DNA of 64,000 nt from Octopus sinensis (lineage: Eukaryota). Shown piece after piece: positions 43,246 to 56,207 of this stretch. The stretch spans positions 93,000,001-93,064,000 of the forward strand of contig NC_043005.1 in assembly GCF_006345805.1 (NCBI RefSeq), given 5' to 3'. Position 1 is the stretch's first letter. Each line of letters opens with the position of its first letter. The notes below the pieces were generated by a model. It worked only from the letters and a program-made list of their open reading frames with translations. It made no database searches and was not told the origin of the DNA. The position numbers and the translations under genes were made by a program.

Positions 43246-46223
43246 ATGCATAAGAGTAACTTGTTCCATAATTACAATGTGAATGTGTTTCCCATGTACA
43301 ATATTGATTCTTGAAATTAGATTCCAACTGGAAATTACCAGAAAGGGACAGCAAATCAGCAAACAGTAAGATATCATCTACAAGCATTTGGGGGATGGTC
43401 TACAGAGTAGTTGGTTTGTTCATTCATTTAAAATTCGTCTTTTAGATGGGGACATATTTGTGAGAAGATTTTATGGTTGAATATTCTGTGTTGCTCTCCC
43501 CCACCCCCATGAATTTCCTAAGTATGCAGCAGCCATGCTCACACCTCTGTGCTCAGCCATGCTTGCACCCTCACATGGTCATGCTTGGACCTAATACCAT
43601 CAAAGAAAGACAAGAATATTACATTACATTATTTTTACAAATTATTATTATTATTATTAAGACATGAGGCCATTGCTAGGATAAAATTTCTTTTTCTTTT
43701 TTTATCTTTTAGTCAGGAGGGAAGGAAGTGCCCATGATTGCTTGCAGAATTTCTGAGGCTAGTGGTAGGAATGGCAGAGACTTGCTTAAGCTGGAAACCT
43801 TGACTCAAATATTTGCAACAGACTGGATTGTTCTACTGGTACTCATGGCACCAGGTGATGGTATTAAAGTGAGCAATGGGTTAAGTCTACCACCCAAATA
43901 GTTCATGGCTAGATTTGAACTTAAAATGCAAAAGAGTTGGAACAAATACTGCAAGCCATCTGGTCTGCTATTCTACAGTTACACCAATCTACCACCATAG
44001 ATTGGCATTTTTTTTTTATTGATTCCCCAAAAGGTGGAATAATCAAGTTAACTTCAGTGAGGTTTGAACTCAGGGTACAGTGTGTCAGAACAAACACTGC
44101 TGAGTATTCTGTGCAATGCTGTAACAGCTCAGTTTATTCACTGCTTTCTATGGAGAGAGAAAATTTTTTGATTCTCATTGTGAAGTTATTATGATTTCAT
44201 ATTACTTGTGTTCTTTGCTATTTACTTTGAAAATTATGGACTCATTATTGTTACCTATTGTTTCTTTAAACACTAATTTCAACTGTTTTTAATCGTGGTC
44301 TAACCATTGAAAGATACTTGCTATTGATTTATCTGGAAACACTAATTCCAATCATATTTCAATAATTTACATATTTCCAATTTACTTCCATGTTCTTTAA
44401 ACATCATAATTTCCAATTTTCTACTGACATACTACTTTTGAATTTCATTTGGTATTTCATGGCATTTCTTAGAATAAAATATTAATGTTGTCGGAGGAAA
44501 ATATACAATTTCATTTTATTTATGAAACAGTTTATTTTACAACTGAAAATTATTTTAGATTTGCCGTCCATGATGTTTGTAGTTTTCTGTAAATAGTCTT
44601 GTCTATCAATTGTAACAAAAATGCTTTACTTTGGGTATTACATTCACTAATTCACAGAAGTTTCTGCTTATTTCGGTCGTTTTTTTAAATAACTCATTTT
44701 TTTTCTGAATTCCTTAAATTAGAATACATTTTTCCTACTTTCTTTATAGATCCACTCAACTGAATTATTTAAAAATAGCTATTGACTTTCCTATTATGTT
44801 CAATTTTCTCTTCTTCTCTCTTTTGTCAATGATAAAGGAAAAACATGTAAAGACATTTTTTTCCTTTTTACATTCTTTGTGCACACAGTATTAGCATTTA
44901 TATTTGGATTGGTAAATAGTTTGTTGGCTTTTTTTTTCTTTCTTTCTGTTGGTGTATGTTTTTGTTTTTCATTACATACAACCATTATTACCGAACGTGT
45001 TTTTTTTAAAAAGGAAAGAAAACCTTGAAAAGTTATTAGTTTTCTGGTCTAGAAACTGTTGGTATTAGGGACAGAGCAAGCAGTAAATTTGGCACAGAGG
45101 GTAGACAGATGAGATATTTTACCAATAATTTATTCCAGTTCCTTGTGTTTCTTGCATTCTGATACTGTTAAGGTTAGCAAAGTCATACTTTACTTGTTAA
45201 TGTAGGAAAATGGATTTAATATAAAATGTCAAAAGATTACTGCGTCATCATCACCATCACTACTTTAATGTTCACTTCTCATGCTTGCATGAGTCAGATG
45301 GAATATGTTGAGGCTTATTTTCGTTTGGGTGGGATGCCTTTCATATCCGCCCCCACCTGCTCAAACTTCTTTTCAAGCAAGGTGATAATTTCCTTATGAT
45401 TGGATATGTTTTCATGGAAGATTGAAAATAAGAGACACCGTTTGTATGCAGGTGACACTTGTTTTCAACTTCAAGTCAAGGACACACACACATCTTCATA
45501 TATTACATATAAAGAAGTTGCTAAGACAATTTTTCAAGCTGTTAATTACATTGTGTACTTGTATGCTTCATAGCAATTGCTTTTACTCAGAGTTTTAACA
45601 TGCTTAACCACTGTCCTGGAGTTATTCAAGGAATTTGGAGATATTTAACTCTATTCCTGTGTTTAAATAACAAAAGTCTTTGGAAATGTCTTAAAAGTGT
45701 CAGATTACTTAACAATTTTAGCTTTCGTCATTCATATTCTTTATTCTGTGGCAAACAAGATGACTTGTTGATTCTGGTGATAAAGAATTAGTTCCATTTC
45801 AATATTTCACTGTTTAGTTTTCAGTTAAAAGATTATGATTTCTGGCTGAACCATTTCCATTTTATATGGGTCACATTGTTTAAGGCAAAATAGCAATACC
45901 CAGACTGAAGAGGTCACCAGAATTAATGTCTTGAGGACATGACAATGTCTTTGTTTTTAGTGCCACAATAAAATACATCCAATACTCTCTGTAAAAGAGG
46001 CTGGTGATCAAAAGGGCATCCAACCATAGAAACCAAATCACTAATGAAACATACAAGCAAAATATGCTCCATCGACCCGTCTATGAAGGCAGTGGCATCC
46101 AATAAGGACTAACTGGGACTGACCAACTTCTGGCCACATGGAAGGTGGATGTAAAAGGATATGTCAGTACCCTTATCAATGTTCATTATATCTAAAGATC
46201 ATCGTTATTATTTGAACTTGGAA

Positions 46224-46429
46224 TAAGGCAGCGAGCTGGCAGAATCCTTAGCACACCAGGGGAAATGCTTAGTGGTATTTTGTCTGCTGCTACATTCTGA
46301 GTTCAAATTCCACCAAGGTCAACTTTGCTTTTCATCCTTTTGGGGTCGATAAATTAAGTACCAGTTGTGTACTGTAATCAACAAGACCCCTCCCCCAAAA
46401 TTTCAGGCCTTGTACCTTTAGTAGAAAGA
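46224..46429 (+). mobile_element. Full-length Meta/MESC-type SINE with a 17 bp target-site duplication
   Basis: attatttgaacttggaa occurs at 46207-46223 and 46430-46446, flanking aaggcagcgagctggcagaatc...gtagaaaga. Confidence 0.92.
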
Positions 46430-46827
46430 ATTATTTGAACTTGGAACTTAGAACCTTATTGATGAGGGATTGGCAGATTTGGACAAAATAGCTGGCAATG
46501 CTTCTTCTGGCAGAATCGTTACCACTCTGGGCAAAATGCTTAGCAGCATTTCCTCTGACTTTATGTTCTGAATTGGCCCCTCCCCTCCCATAATTGCTGG
46601 CCTTGTTCCAAAATTTGAAACCAGTATTTCTTCTTGTTCTTTATATTCCAAAGTCAACTTCACCCTTTGTCTTTCTAGGATTATCAAAATAAAGTACAAG
46701 TCATGTACCGGGAACCAATGTTATCAATGAATCACTTCCCTGAAATTTAGGCCTTGTGCCTATGCTAGAATCAATTGTTTGGGCAAAATCCAGTGTCTCC
46801 TGCTTGTTGAGAATGTTGAAGGGAGAA

Positions 46828-47100
46828 TCATCATTGTCATCGTTTAACGTCCGTTTTCCATGCTGGCATGGGTTGGACGGTTCGACTGGGGGTCTGGGAA
46901 GTCAGGAGGCTGCACCAGGCCCCAATCTGATCTGGCAGTGTTTCTACAGCTGGATGCCCTTCCACTCAGAGAGTGTAGTGGGTGCTTTTTACGTGCCACC
47001 AGCACAAGGAGCCAGAGGAGCTGGAATCGCCCGCGATCGGTTGGTGCTTTTTACGTGCCACCAGCACAAGAGCTAGCCAAAGCGGCACTGGCGTTGCTTT
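46828..47100 (-). mobile_element. RTE LINE 3' UTR fragment
   Basis: catcgtttaacgtccgttttccatgctggcatgggttggacgg; two acgtgccaccagcac units. Confidence 0.88.
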
Positions 47101-47591
47101 AGTTGCTTCCTTTGAATTTAATTTTACGAATATTTGTTTTAAATCTATTCCCAATCACCTCAGACAGGTTGAACCAATCGTGGTGTTGAGCTAAGTGTTT
47201 TAGGATCTACGAGAACGTGTTTAAAAAGAAAAAGAAAAATGGTAGAAAATTGCTCGTTTATTTATGTACAAAGAGGTGTGTGTTTGTTCATTTGCTCTTT
47301 TATGTCAGTAAGCTTAAGGGAAAGGCTAAGTTGGCTGAGTGCTATTTTCGTTGATGAATGAATGATTTGAGAAATGTAAACAATTCTACTGTTCTCTATC
47401 TCTCTCTCATCCGACCGCCTTGCCGCACTAACCCCCCTCTTTCTGCTTGTAATTGGAATTACGTAACTGGTAGACGACGTAGAAGAAAATGATAATGTTT
47501 AACAAAATAATCCCACTACTACCATTAATGTTTTAAAATAGGTTACATGTGCAAATGTGTGTGTGTATGTATGTATATATATATATATGTA

Positions 47592-47681
<90 letters not shown>

Positions 47682-48701
47682 GAACTGAGTAAACACGTAT
47701 ACAGTCCAAAATTCTGATTTAGGTCAAGATTGTTAATTAACTCATGATAATTTCTGTTTTTGTTTGATTAATATAATATATATGTATATATATATATTTG
47801 CTATCTGGTAGCTATCGAGTGTAGAGAATGTGAAGTGTTGTTTCCTGGGATTGTTTTCGTCGTTTGTTCGTCATTTCTGCTCTTATCTCGTTGTTCTTAT
47901 CCTCTGCAAAGTTTCTAATCGTTCATGAATGAATTTCAATCGCATCAAAAACTTTTCTCTATTTTGCACTTAGAAGAATAACTACTTTGTAAAGTACCGA
48001 TGTACGCCTGTGGATTTGGTCTGTTACTGTGGTACGGCGCACAATATGCTCTCAGTACAAAAACACAATGATAGGACACGTTTGTATATTTATAACTTTA
48101 CCTATATATAAATTATAAATGCCTGCCGTGTTGATGGTGGGGGTGGAGAGGACAGGCTGTGGTTTAGTGATTATGCTGAGTGTTGAGATGGCAGCAGTTC
48201 TCTACTGGAAGGAACCTATATCACCTGCAAGCACACCGTGTTTGCAACATACCATTATAGCTGTGTACATATGCTACCACTGTGTTCAGGTTGGCGGCGG
48301 CGGTAGAGTTAGGGAGGTAGTGACAAATGGTGGGGGGAGCTGATATCTAGGTTAGGTCACTCGTCTATTTATAGCATTACACACAAGTCTCTTTCTCCTT
48401 CTACCACTTTTCTATCTTTTCCTTTTTCCTTCTCTTCTCTTTCCCTCTGTCTATTTGCTTGTTTATGTGTCCCACTCCTTTTCTATCTCCCCTCCCACTC
48501 CTTTTCTACCTCCCCTCCCACTCCTTTTCTGACTTATTTTCTCTTATTCTTTTCTTGTTTTTTCCCCCTCTCCCCCAATCTCCCCCCCTTTCGCTCGCAC
48601 CCACTCATCCCCTCTTTATATTCTGATACGTAAGTTATCTTGCTTTCAAAAAGTTTTCCTTATCCACTCGGTGGATGATCCAATGTGTTTCTTAATTTTA
48701 G

Positions 48702-48708
48702 TGACATG
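48702..48708 (+). other. Candidate 7 nt microexon TGACATG ending in ATG
   Basis: Acceptor tttcttaattttag and donor |gtaagt; upstream donor c|gtaagt at 48630 gives a 72 nt intron. Confidence 0.3.
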
Positions 48709-49608
48709 GTAAGTTGTGACATTCATGCTTTGCTTTTCCCAAGGACATTGTGGACATTCGATGTGGATCCAAGCAACACTGGAGGTGGAAAAATAGCCGC
48801 TGCGCATCTTTAATTTAAAACTAAGACCACTCTATTATTATATGTATAAACAAACATGGTGTAGGCATTAAATCAAACCTCAGAATTAGAGGAGGGCAGG
48901 TCTGAAAGTGGAAGATGTGATCGGATCTTGTGCAAGGACATTAATGTTTTAAGTACATCCCCTACTGTCTTTCTATAACACAATGGAGCATCGCCGCAGT
49001 TTTTGAGGTTCTCGTCCTTTCCTCTTTATAAACGATTATGACAATCAGTGAATATTAAACAGAAAAAGTCCGACTATTTTACTCTCTTGGTCAGTTGTAT
49101 TAACAAATAAACATTTTTAATTCAGGGATGAACGGGTGTATGTTGTGGAATTTGCGCCAACTTTGTGAAAGATGTTTGAGACTTTACTGCATAAATATTT
49201 TCTTTATTATTGAGTAAAGATCATTAAGGATTTCTGTGCTTCTTACTTGTATAATTAGCAATGCAATTAATGTCATTTCGCTTAAAATATCAACATCTAA
49301 GCAATAACAAACTATGATTTTTATTTATTTATTAGTCTCAACAATCCAGTTTCGTTTAACCCAATATATGTCTATCAATATTGCCGAATGCCCCTAAACA
49401 CCTCATTTTGTTTCCGCTCAAACATCCAGTCGTTCGTGCCTAAACTCTTTTAAATTCTGCATACATGTCTGCCCCAAAGCCTTCTTTCTTCTGCTGGCAA
49501 TCACTTCAATACTTCAACTTTTCTTTCGCATTCAATTTAGTATAGTTTTATTGTGAACTTGAGTTTATCGAACCTGAAAGTCGGAGAGAATCCCAGTGAG
49601 TTTTGAAC

Positions 49609-49662
<54 letters not shown>

Positions 49663-49669
<7 letters not shown>

Positions 49670-49945
49670 GGCAGCGGACTCGCGGTCATAGGATCGCGGT
49701 TTCGATTCCCAGACTGGGCATTGTGAGTGTTTATTGAGCGAAAACACCTAAAGCTCCACGAGGCTCCGGCAGGGGGTGGTGGCGATCCCTGCTGTACTCC
49801 TTCGCCACAACTTTCTCTCACTCTTTCTTCTGTTGGCCTGCTCGCTTAGCCAGCGGGGTGGCGTTATTCGAAGGCTAAAACAATGCGAAGTGTATTGTGA
49901 CCAGCGATGTGTAACAACATCTGATAGCCTGGTCGGTCACGGTGA
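49663..49945 (+). mobile_element. tRNA-headed SINE, CpG-rich copy
   Basis: gttagggcagcggactcgcggtcataggatcgcggtttcgattccc head; body shared with 26045-26418. Confidence 0.8.
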
Positions 49946-50180
49946 TATATATATATGTGTGTATTTGTGTATGTGTATTTATGTACTAAACAAAAAACAA
50001 GAATACAAGGAAACTGCTGACTGCGTCGCAAAAACTAAAACAAAGAATTCGCTTTATGCCTCGCAGCATATATATATATATATCTGGCGACGTTGATGTT
50101 CGCCTGGGGCTAAATGCAACAGTAACACCACCACCCTGCCCTGTCCCTAGCCATATTCAGATGGCTTTAGTCCCTTATGT

Positions 50181-50211
<31 letters not shown>

Positions 50212-50569
50212 TCGCACATGGCATCGAATTAGCAGCTGTTTTCTCATGTTCGCTCACATAAACGCTCACATAAATCAGTGATGTGTATGTGAACATACAT
50301 TTCAACTTAAAGGTCTGTTGGGATTACTTTTCGGAGCGAAAAAATTGCCTGCTATTGATCCCTCGCTCCCTAATAATTTAATGTATTTAACCTTTTATTG
50401 TGTGTGATAAAGACAGTTACTTGAATGACGGTATTGTTTGATGTTAGACGTAAACAGAAATTAGCAATAAATGTGTGTACATTTATGTGATATTGTCAAG
50501 CTTATGTTTTTTTTTTATGAGCTACATATCTACATTCTGTTTATTAAAGACTATATAAAATAGGTTGAG

Positions 50570-50885
50570 GCATGGCTGCGTGGTTGACATTCGTTTCGTA
50601 AACTCGTTTTCGAAATGCGTCCGTTGAATAGCTCCTTGGACGAATGTCTTCTTCTCCTACAACCCCAGGCCGACCCAATGTGTTGTGAGTGAATTTGGTA
50701 GACGGAAGCAATAGAAGCCCGCCTTACGGTTTTTCTTTTTGTCCTCCCATCACTTGAGAACCGGTTCAGCAAAAAGAGACCAATATAACAATTACCAGGT
50801 TTAAAAATAAGTGCTGTGGTTGATTTGCTCAACTAAACCTTTGATGAAAGTACCCCCAGAATGGTTGCAGTGGAATGAATAGAAA
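50570..50885 (+). mobile_element. CORE-type SINE with CR1-type tail, diverged
   Basis: catggctgcgtggttg..ccttggacgaatgtcttc..gtgagtgaatttggtagacggaagc..cccagaatggttgcagtggaatgaatagaaac. Confidence 0.7.
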
Positions 50886-51117
50886 CAGGAAACAGATTAC
50901 AATTACAAGAGGCCAGCAACAGCTTTTTCATGGGATCAGCTGAGTTATGAACCAGTCAGCATTAAGACATCACTTGAGGCATCTTTCTAGAAGTCGTTAG
51001 AATAAGCCCTTATAGACAGGCATGTTTTGAGTGCCAAACTTTGGTTTGTGACCACCTGCACAGTTGTCACCAACGTTAACTTATCATAATGGACATAAAA
51101 TGAAGGAATTGAAATGC

Positions 51118-51645
51118 TGGTAGTTGAGCTGGGATCAGGCTACACAGAATGAAGGCACAACACTCGTGGACGGTTAGCAGACAGTCTTATTTCATTGCAC
51201 AAATATTTTCCAGGCTGGTCTTGAATTAAAAACACAACAAAGTTTACTCACCAGAAGGATAATTCTGTAGCTTCTACAAATTGTTGATCAAGATGGCTAT
51301 GTAATTATGTTACCAAGACAGGAGAAAATATACACAATTAGGTTCATGTCAGTGAACTGTAGCTGCTTTCTTGATTGAGTAAAGAGTCATAAGAACAACT
51401 GGAAATGCAGCAAAATGAAAATATGGTTGGCTGAGCTGCAGGTGGTCACAGACTGAACTTAGGTGCTCAAAATGTGCCTTTTTATAAGCTTTGTAAAAGG
51501 ATGCTCTAGTGGCTGCCAGAAAGATGTATAATGTGATTGTCAGGTGCTGATTGGTTCATAACTCAACCAATTACATGATAAATCTGTTGCTAAGCGATGA
51601 TTTTTAACTTGGCAATTTGTCGATTTGGTTTCAAATCTTGCTACA
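51118..51645 (-). mobile_element. Unclassified LTR-like repeat
   Basis: Minus strand starts TGTAG, carries ttataaaaagg and aaataag, and ends ..CA. No TSD was found. Part of it is repeated inverted at 50941-51060. Confidence 0.3.
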
Positions 51646-52299
51646 GTATATGTTTATATTCCAATATCTTATTGCAGACTACTTGATTCTTCATTTGTAT
51701 TGTGAGAAATCAGATCTTGTTAACTCTACTGATCTTCTCTTATCTACTGTCTACATTTAGTATTCTAAAACATACTGTCACAATTTTGACTGTTACCAGT
51801 GTTTTTCAGTATAAATTTTGGTTAGTTTTTCCTATTACATTTTCTGTAATGAAACATCTAAGGTGATGTGACCCCACAAATCATTGAACTCCTATGAAGA
51901 ATTCCTAACACTTTTATCGATTTCAGTCTTCAGGCAGTGGCCATGCTGAGGACACTGTCTTCAATCATTTAGTTAATTACATTAATCCCAAGATTTTGTC
52001 TGTTGCTCTTTTTATCAACTTTGAATGTAGGAATGGCAAATGTGATTTGTAAAGGGTATTTTGTCCAATGCTGTACCATTTCGATTATCCTCCTTTTCAT
52101 ACACACACACTCATTTGATGGACTTTTACTCACCAAATTTTAACAAGACTTAGGTTGAGCCATGGCTGTGATAGAAGACACTTGCCCAGGGTGTGTGAGG
52201 ACATATTTGGTAATTTGATAAAATAATTCTAATCTAACAAAAACCAAACCTATTTTAATAAAAATTTGTATGTGTTATTAAGTGTTTTTTTATAAGATT

Positions 52300-53300
52300 A
52301 TTCTGTGAATCTACCCCAAGCTTTGATGACTGCTTCAGTGTAGGACTGAAATCATTGACATGCCCTGCATTGAATGGTCTTGGCTCATTTTGGACACCAC
52401 CTTAGATAATGGCAGCAGCATTCAGGATGTTGATTAGTTTCCTTTCCAACAACATTCCAAATGTAATGATCCATGTGATTTCAAACCTGGCATGTTTGGA
52501 TGTCACTAATTTGGTGCTACATGAGCGTCAAGATTGTCTGACACCTATTTTTGAGCTACATGGTCTTTGTGAGAAGGTGCTGTGGGCTTCCTTGGTGTGC
52601 TTTACCCATCCATGCAGAGCTTAGCAATTATCTCCATCATCTAAGTGTACTCAGCAGCCTTAAATTCTGTGGAAAGGTGGTGTGAGGTGGCTTGATATGA
52701 CCTTCATTCTCTTCATTACTAAATCCACCACGGTTGCTGGAAACTTGGTGTGTGCCTCATTGCAGGTATCAGAAAGATCTGCACATAACCACCTGTCATT
52801 TTTCCTGTAGACTTTTCATCAGAGAAGAACCAAATCACACCATGTTTGTGAAGGTTATTAACCAGAAGTAACCATTTGGCATGCATCAAACAGTCTCCCA
52901 GTGTCATTGCAGACATGACTTGGCCTCTCCTCCGTACATACATTTCCTCTGGAATTTCTTTTGGGATGTCCCACATTGGTTTTCCTGGATCATCATTGAT
53001 AATGGTTTGAACCTGTTAGATGAAATGTGATATCCTTTTAGTGTCTTTTTTTTTCTTTTCAATAGAGTTGTTTCATTCTTGCCAGAGGCTTCCAATTCCA
53101 TCCAAAGTTTAAGATCTTGTAACATTTGGAAAGTCATTGAATTTCTAAATCACTGTGTTCTGTACATCTGGCAACTGTGACTGCTTATCTTTCCATTTCT
53201 TGTGTCAACTTTTTTATCTGTCATAGATGACCTGAAAGAAATATAAGTCTTTTAATTAATCGGTTTGGAGAGATTGATACACTGGTAATCAAGTTTCCTC
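52300..53300 (-). mobile_element. Decayed Tc1/mariner-superfamily (maT/DD37D-like) transposase
   Basis: Minus-strand fragments IWFFSDEK, HTKFPATV and DHYIWNVVGKETNQHP are in the order expected for the DDD domain; many frameshifts; termini not resolved. Confidence 0.7.
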
Positions 53301-53386
53301 AATTACCCCTCACTATATATATATGTGTGTGTATGTGTGCGTGTGTATCATCATCATCATCGTTTAACATCCGCTTTCCATGCTGG

Positions 53387-53431
<45 letters not shown>

Positions 53432-53464
53432 GTATATATATATATATGTATATATGTATATATG

Positions 53465-53495
<31 letters not shown>

Positions 53496-53539
53496 GTATA
53501 TATGTATATATATATATGTATATATATAATCATCCAAGT

Positions 53540-53905
53540 GTTCATGGCTGTGTGGTTAAGAAGTTTGCTTCTCAATCACCTGGCTTCCGGTTCATTTCAA
53601 CTGATTGCTACCTTGGGCAAGTGTCTTCTACTATAGCCTCGAGCCAATGAAAGCCTTGTGAGTGACTTTAATAGATGGAAACTGAAAGAATCCTATCATG
53701 TGTGTATGCTTGTGAACTAGTGTCACTGCCAGACAAGCATTGTCATTCATTTCCAATATTCAGCAAGAACATGTCTAGCCCTGGTGGGTGAGGGGGAATA
53801 TTACCTTGCTTGGAAGTAAATGAGGGTTGGTGACAGGAAGGGCATCTAGCCATAGAAAATCTACTTCAGTAAACTCAATGCAAGCTTGGAAAAATGAATA
53901 TTCTA
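53540..53905 (+). mobile_element. CORE-type SINE with RTE-like tail
   Basis: catggctgtgtggttaagaagtttgcttctcaatcacc..ccttgggcaagtgtcttctactatagcctcgagcc..ggaagggcatctagccatagaaaatc. Confidence 0.85.
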
Positions 53906-55003
53906 ACAATAACACCACCCCACACACATATATACACTCTCTCTTTTAATCAAGTTTGATAAATGTGTCCATAACAGGATCTGCCAAGTATGAGATATTT
54001 TAAGAAGATTAGAAATTAACTGAGAGGATTAAACCAATTGATAGAATTCATTTATTTAGGGTTTTATTTTTACTCTAACCTAATGTATTGAGAAATTTAG
54101 AAGCTCTTCATTAAATGCTTCCATGTGTATTGCTAATGTAGTCCATATTTGGTTATGTTTGGAAGTGATAGAAAATATGTGAAATTTTGTTTATTTTTTT
54201 TTTTTTGCTTCGATCAAATGGTTAAATAAAAACTGCATCCATAACAATTGTCGGGGTGGGGTCAGAGACAGTTGGGAGGAAAAGAGGAGGTTATTCATAA
54301 AGTGGTGACTCGATTTGAATGCTTGCAACAGAGTGAATTAATTCTACTAAAGGTATTCAAAGACCAAGGGTGTGGTGTTAGAATGTTAATCCAGGGGAGA
54401 GGTTAAGTCTGACATCCAAGAACTCAAAACCTGCCGCTTCCAACATTTTAACAACAATCCTACCAATCCATTGCCTTGGACACCCAAGAATTGAAAATCA
54501 AAGTTAGGAATTGAACTCTGAGCACAGAAGTCCAAAACAAACATGACAAGTTTGTTTGTTCTCTGTTCTAACAACTCTGTCTGTCTGCTGCCTGAAAGTT
54601 ATAAGCAAACGGATCTGAATATGTTTGTAATTCATTCTTCTACTCTTTTAGATTAAAGAAGACTTCCTTGGCTTTTAAGCAAAGCAGTATATCATTGGAC
54701 ACTATCTCTTAGGGTGGAAGGAATTGACATTAATTTTGTAGGCCTTCATTCATAGATTGGCGAGAATGGGGAGACCAGTGCCATGCTTAAGTATTTGCAT
54801 GGGAAAAGTGGGGGAAGGAATGAAGCAGTTTGGTGCTATTTACAACAGAGTAAATTCTGCTAAAGGCAGAATGATAGGAAGAAAACAGGCAGTGGCTAGT
54901 GGTTAAGGATCTGCCTGTTAATATGATCACAGAAGCATTTATATCAGTTTTCAGAATTACTTGTAATTTTTTCCTTTTTTTTTTTTTTAAATGTCTACAT
55001 ATT

Positions 55004-55044
55004 TTATGTAATTCCTTTTGATGAGTTGCCATTTTCATTATTGT
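55004..55044 (-). CDS. Candidate terminal coding exon, (D)NNENGNSSKGIT*; unknown protein
   Basis: Minus-strand acceptor cttggttatttcag; phase 1 matches the upstream exon; TAA at 55006-55004. Confidence 0.45.
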
Positions 55045-55470
55045 CTGAAATAACCAAGTCATTAAATCGGATGAGGAATTCATTTCAGCCATAACTGTGC
55101 TATTTAGTAACATTACATTATTTTATCTCTTCCCCAAACACAAGTAGTATTTTAGCTTAATCCATTCACATAGTGTTTTCACTCCATCTATAGCTTTTAG
55201 TTGTTCTTATTGAGAAAGCCTACTCAACCCTGCTTGAGCAGAGGATCAATGCAAAAAACTTATCTCTGGTGCAATCTGCAATTCCAGAATACCAAATGTG
55301 CTTCTTTCTAATTTAATTTGCAAACATTGCCATGTATTATTCAGTCTTTGCTCGTGTAGCAGATGGTGACTTAATCAGTGTGTATTGGGTTTAATTTGTT
55401 GTCACCCAGTGTTTAACAATAACAATAATAATAATAATAATAATAATAATAGTAGTACTGAACAACTTAC

Positions 55471-55549
55471 CATTTAAGCTTGTGAGAAGCAAATCCTCTC
55501 TGATCTTGCTGTAAGTGTCTGGAGTCTGGGAGAATGATATGGTTTTTGT
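55471..55549 (-). CDS. Candidate 79 bp exon, TKTISFSQTPDTYSKIREDLLLTSLN
   Basis: Acceptor tatttctgctttatag, donor atg|gtaagt; phase 0 to 1, open. Confidence 0.55.
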
Positions 55550-55614
55550 CTATAAAGCAGAAATATTCACTTTCTAAGAGAATGAAATAGACTTAGTTTT
55601 ATTAAAGAATGTAT

Positions 55615-55975
55615 GCAAGCATGGCTGTGTGGTTCAGAAGTTTGTTACCTGCTACATGTTTTCAGGTTCAGTCCCAATGCACGACACCTTGAGCAAATGG
55701 ATTTGGTTGACAGAACCTAAAAGAAGCCAGTCATCCTGTTTTGTGTGTGTGTACAGAGAGAGAGAGGTATCATAAATAAGCATCAACATCATACAAGCAG
55801 CATCATTCATCTCCAATCTTTTGTGAAAACATGTCTAGTCATGGGGAAATATTTTGCATGAAAACATTTGGTGGGATGGTTTACAGGAAGGGTATGTGAC
55901 CATAGAAAAACACTGCCTCAATGAATTTCATCTGATTCATACAAGCAAAGCAAATTGGGTACGAAAATGATACAG
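55615..55975 (+). mobile_element. CORE-type SINE with RTE-like tail
   Basis: catggctgtgtggttcagaagtttg..ttcagtccc..caccttgagcaa..aggaagggtatgtgaccatagaaaaa. Confidence 0.75.
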
Positions 55976-56178
55976 TGACTGAATATTACTGACAATTAAA
56001 CTTTGACCAGGACACTTGCAATTAGCCATCCAATGGCCAGTAATAACCCTCAGTACCCATTGGTGTCTCTTCTTTAGTGGACTTCTTCATTCATGCATGT
56101 CTGATTGCAGCATTTGTATTGATGAGCGAGATATTTGTGTAAAAAAAGAAAAGAAAAAAAGAGCTACCTATTTATTAC

Positions 56179-56207
56179 CTGTTCTTTGATTTTGGCCATG
56201 GCATAAC
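56179..56207 (-). CDS. Candidate 29 bp exon, (G)YAMAKIKEQ
   Basis: Acceptor ttagattcttttcttacag, donor cag|gtaata; phase 1 to 0. Confidence 0.55.

Larger units (their letters stand above)
47100..50800. promoter_or_regulatory. CpG-retaining, promoter/first-exon-like region
   Basis: Visibly more CG dinucleotides than the flanks; TATA-like cctatatataaattataaat (48101-48120); long CT-rich tract 48390-48620; GTAAGT donors at 48630 and 48709. Confidence 0.4.

Noticed and set aside
45903-45950. Other CTGANGA occurrences (5627, 6219, 22688, 45905, 58416)
   Set aside because: None is followed by a stem II and GAAA..UH, so they are not hammerheads.
54742-54800. PSFIDWREWG resembling the papain DWR motif
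   Set aside because: A stop follows within a few codons and no other protease motifs are nearby.
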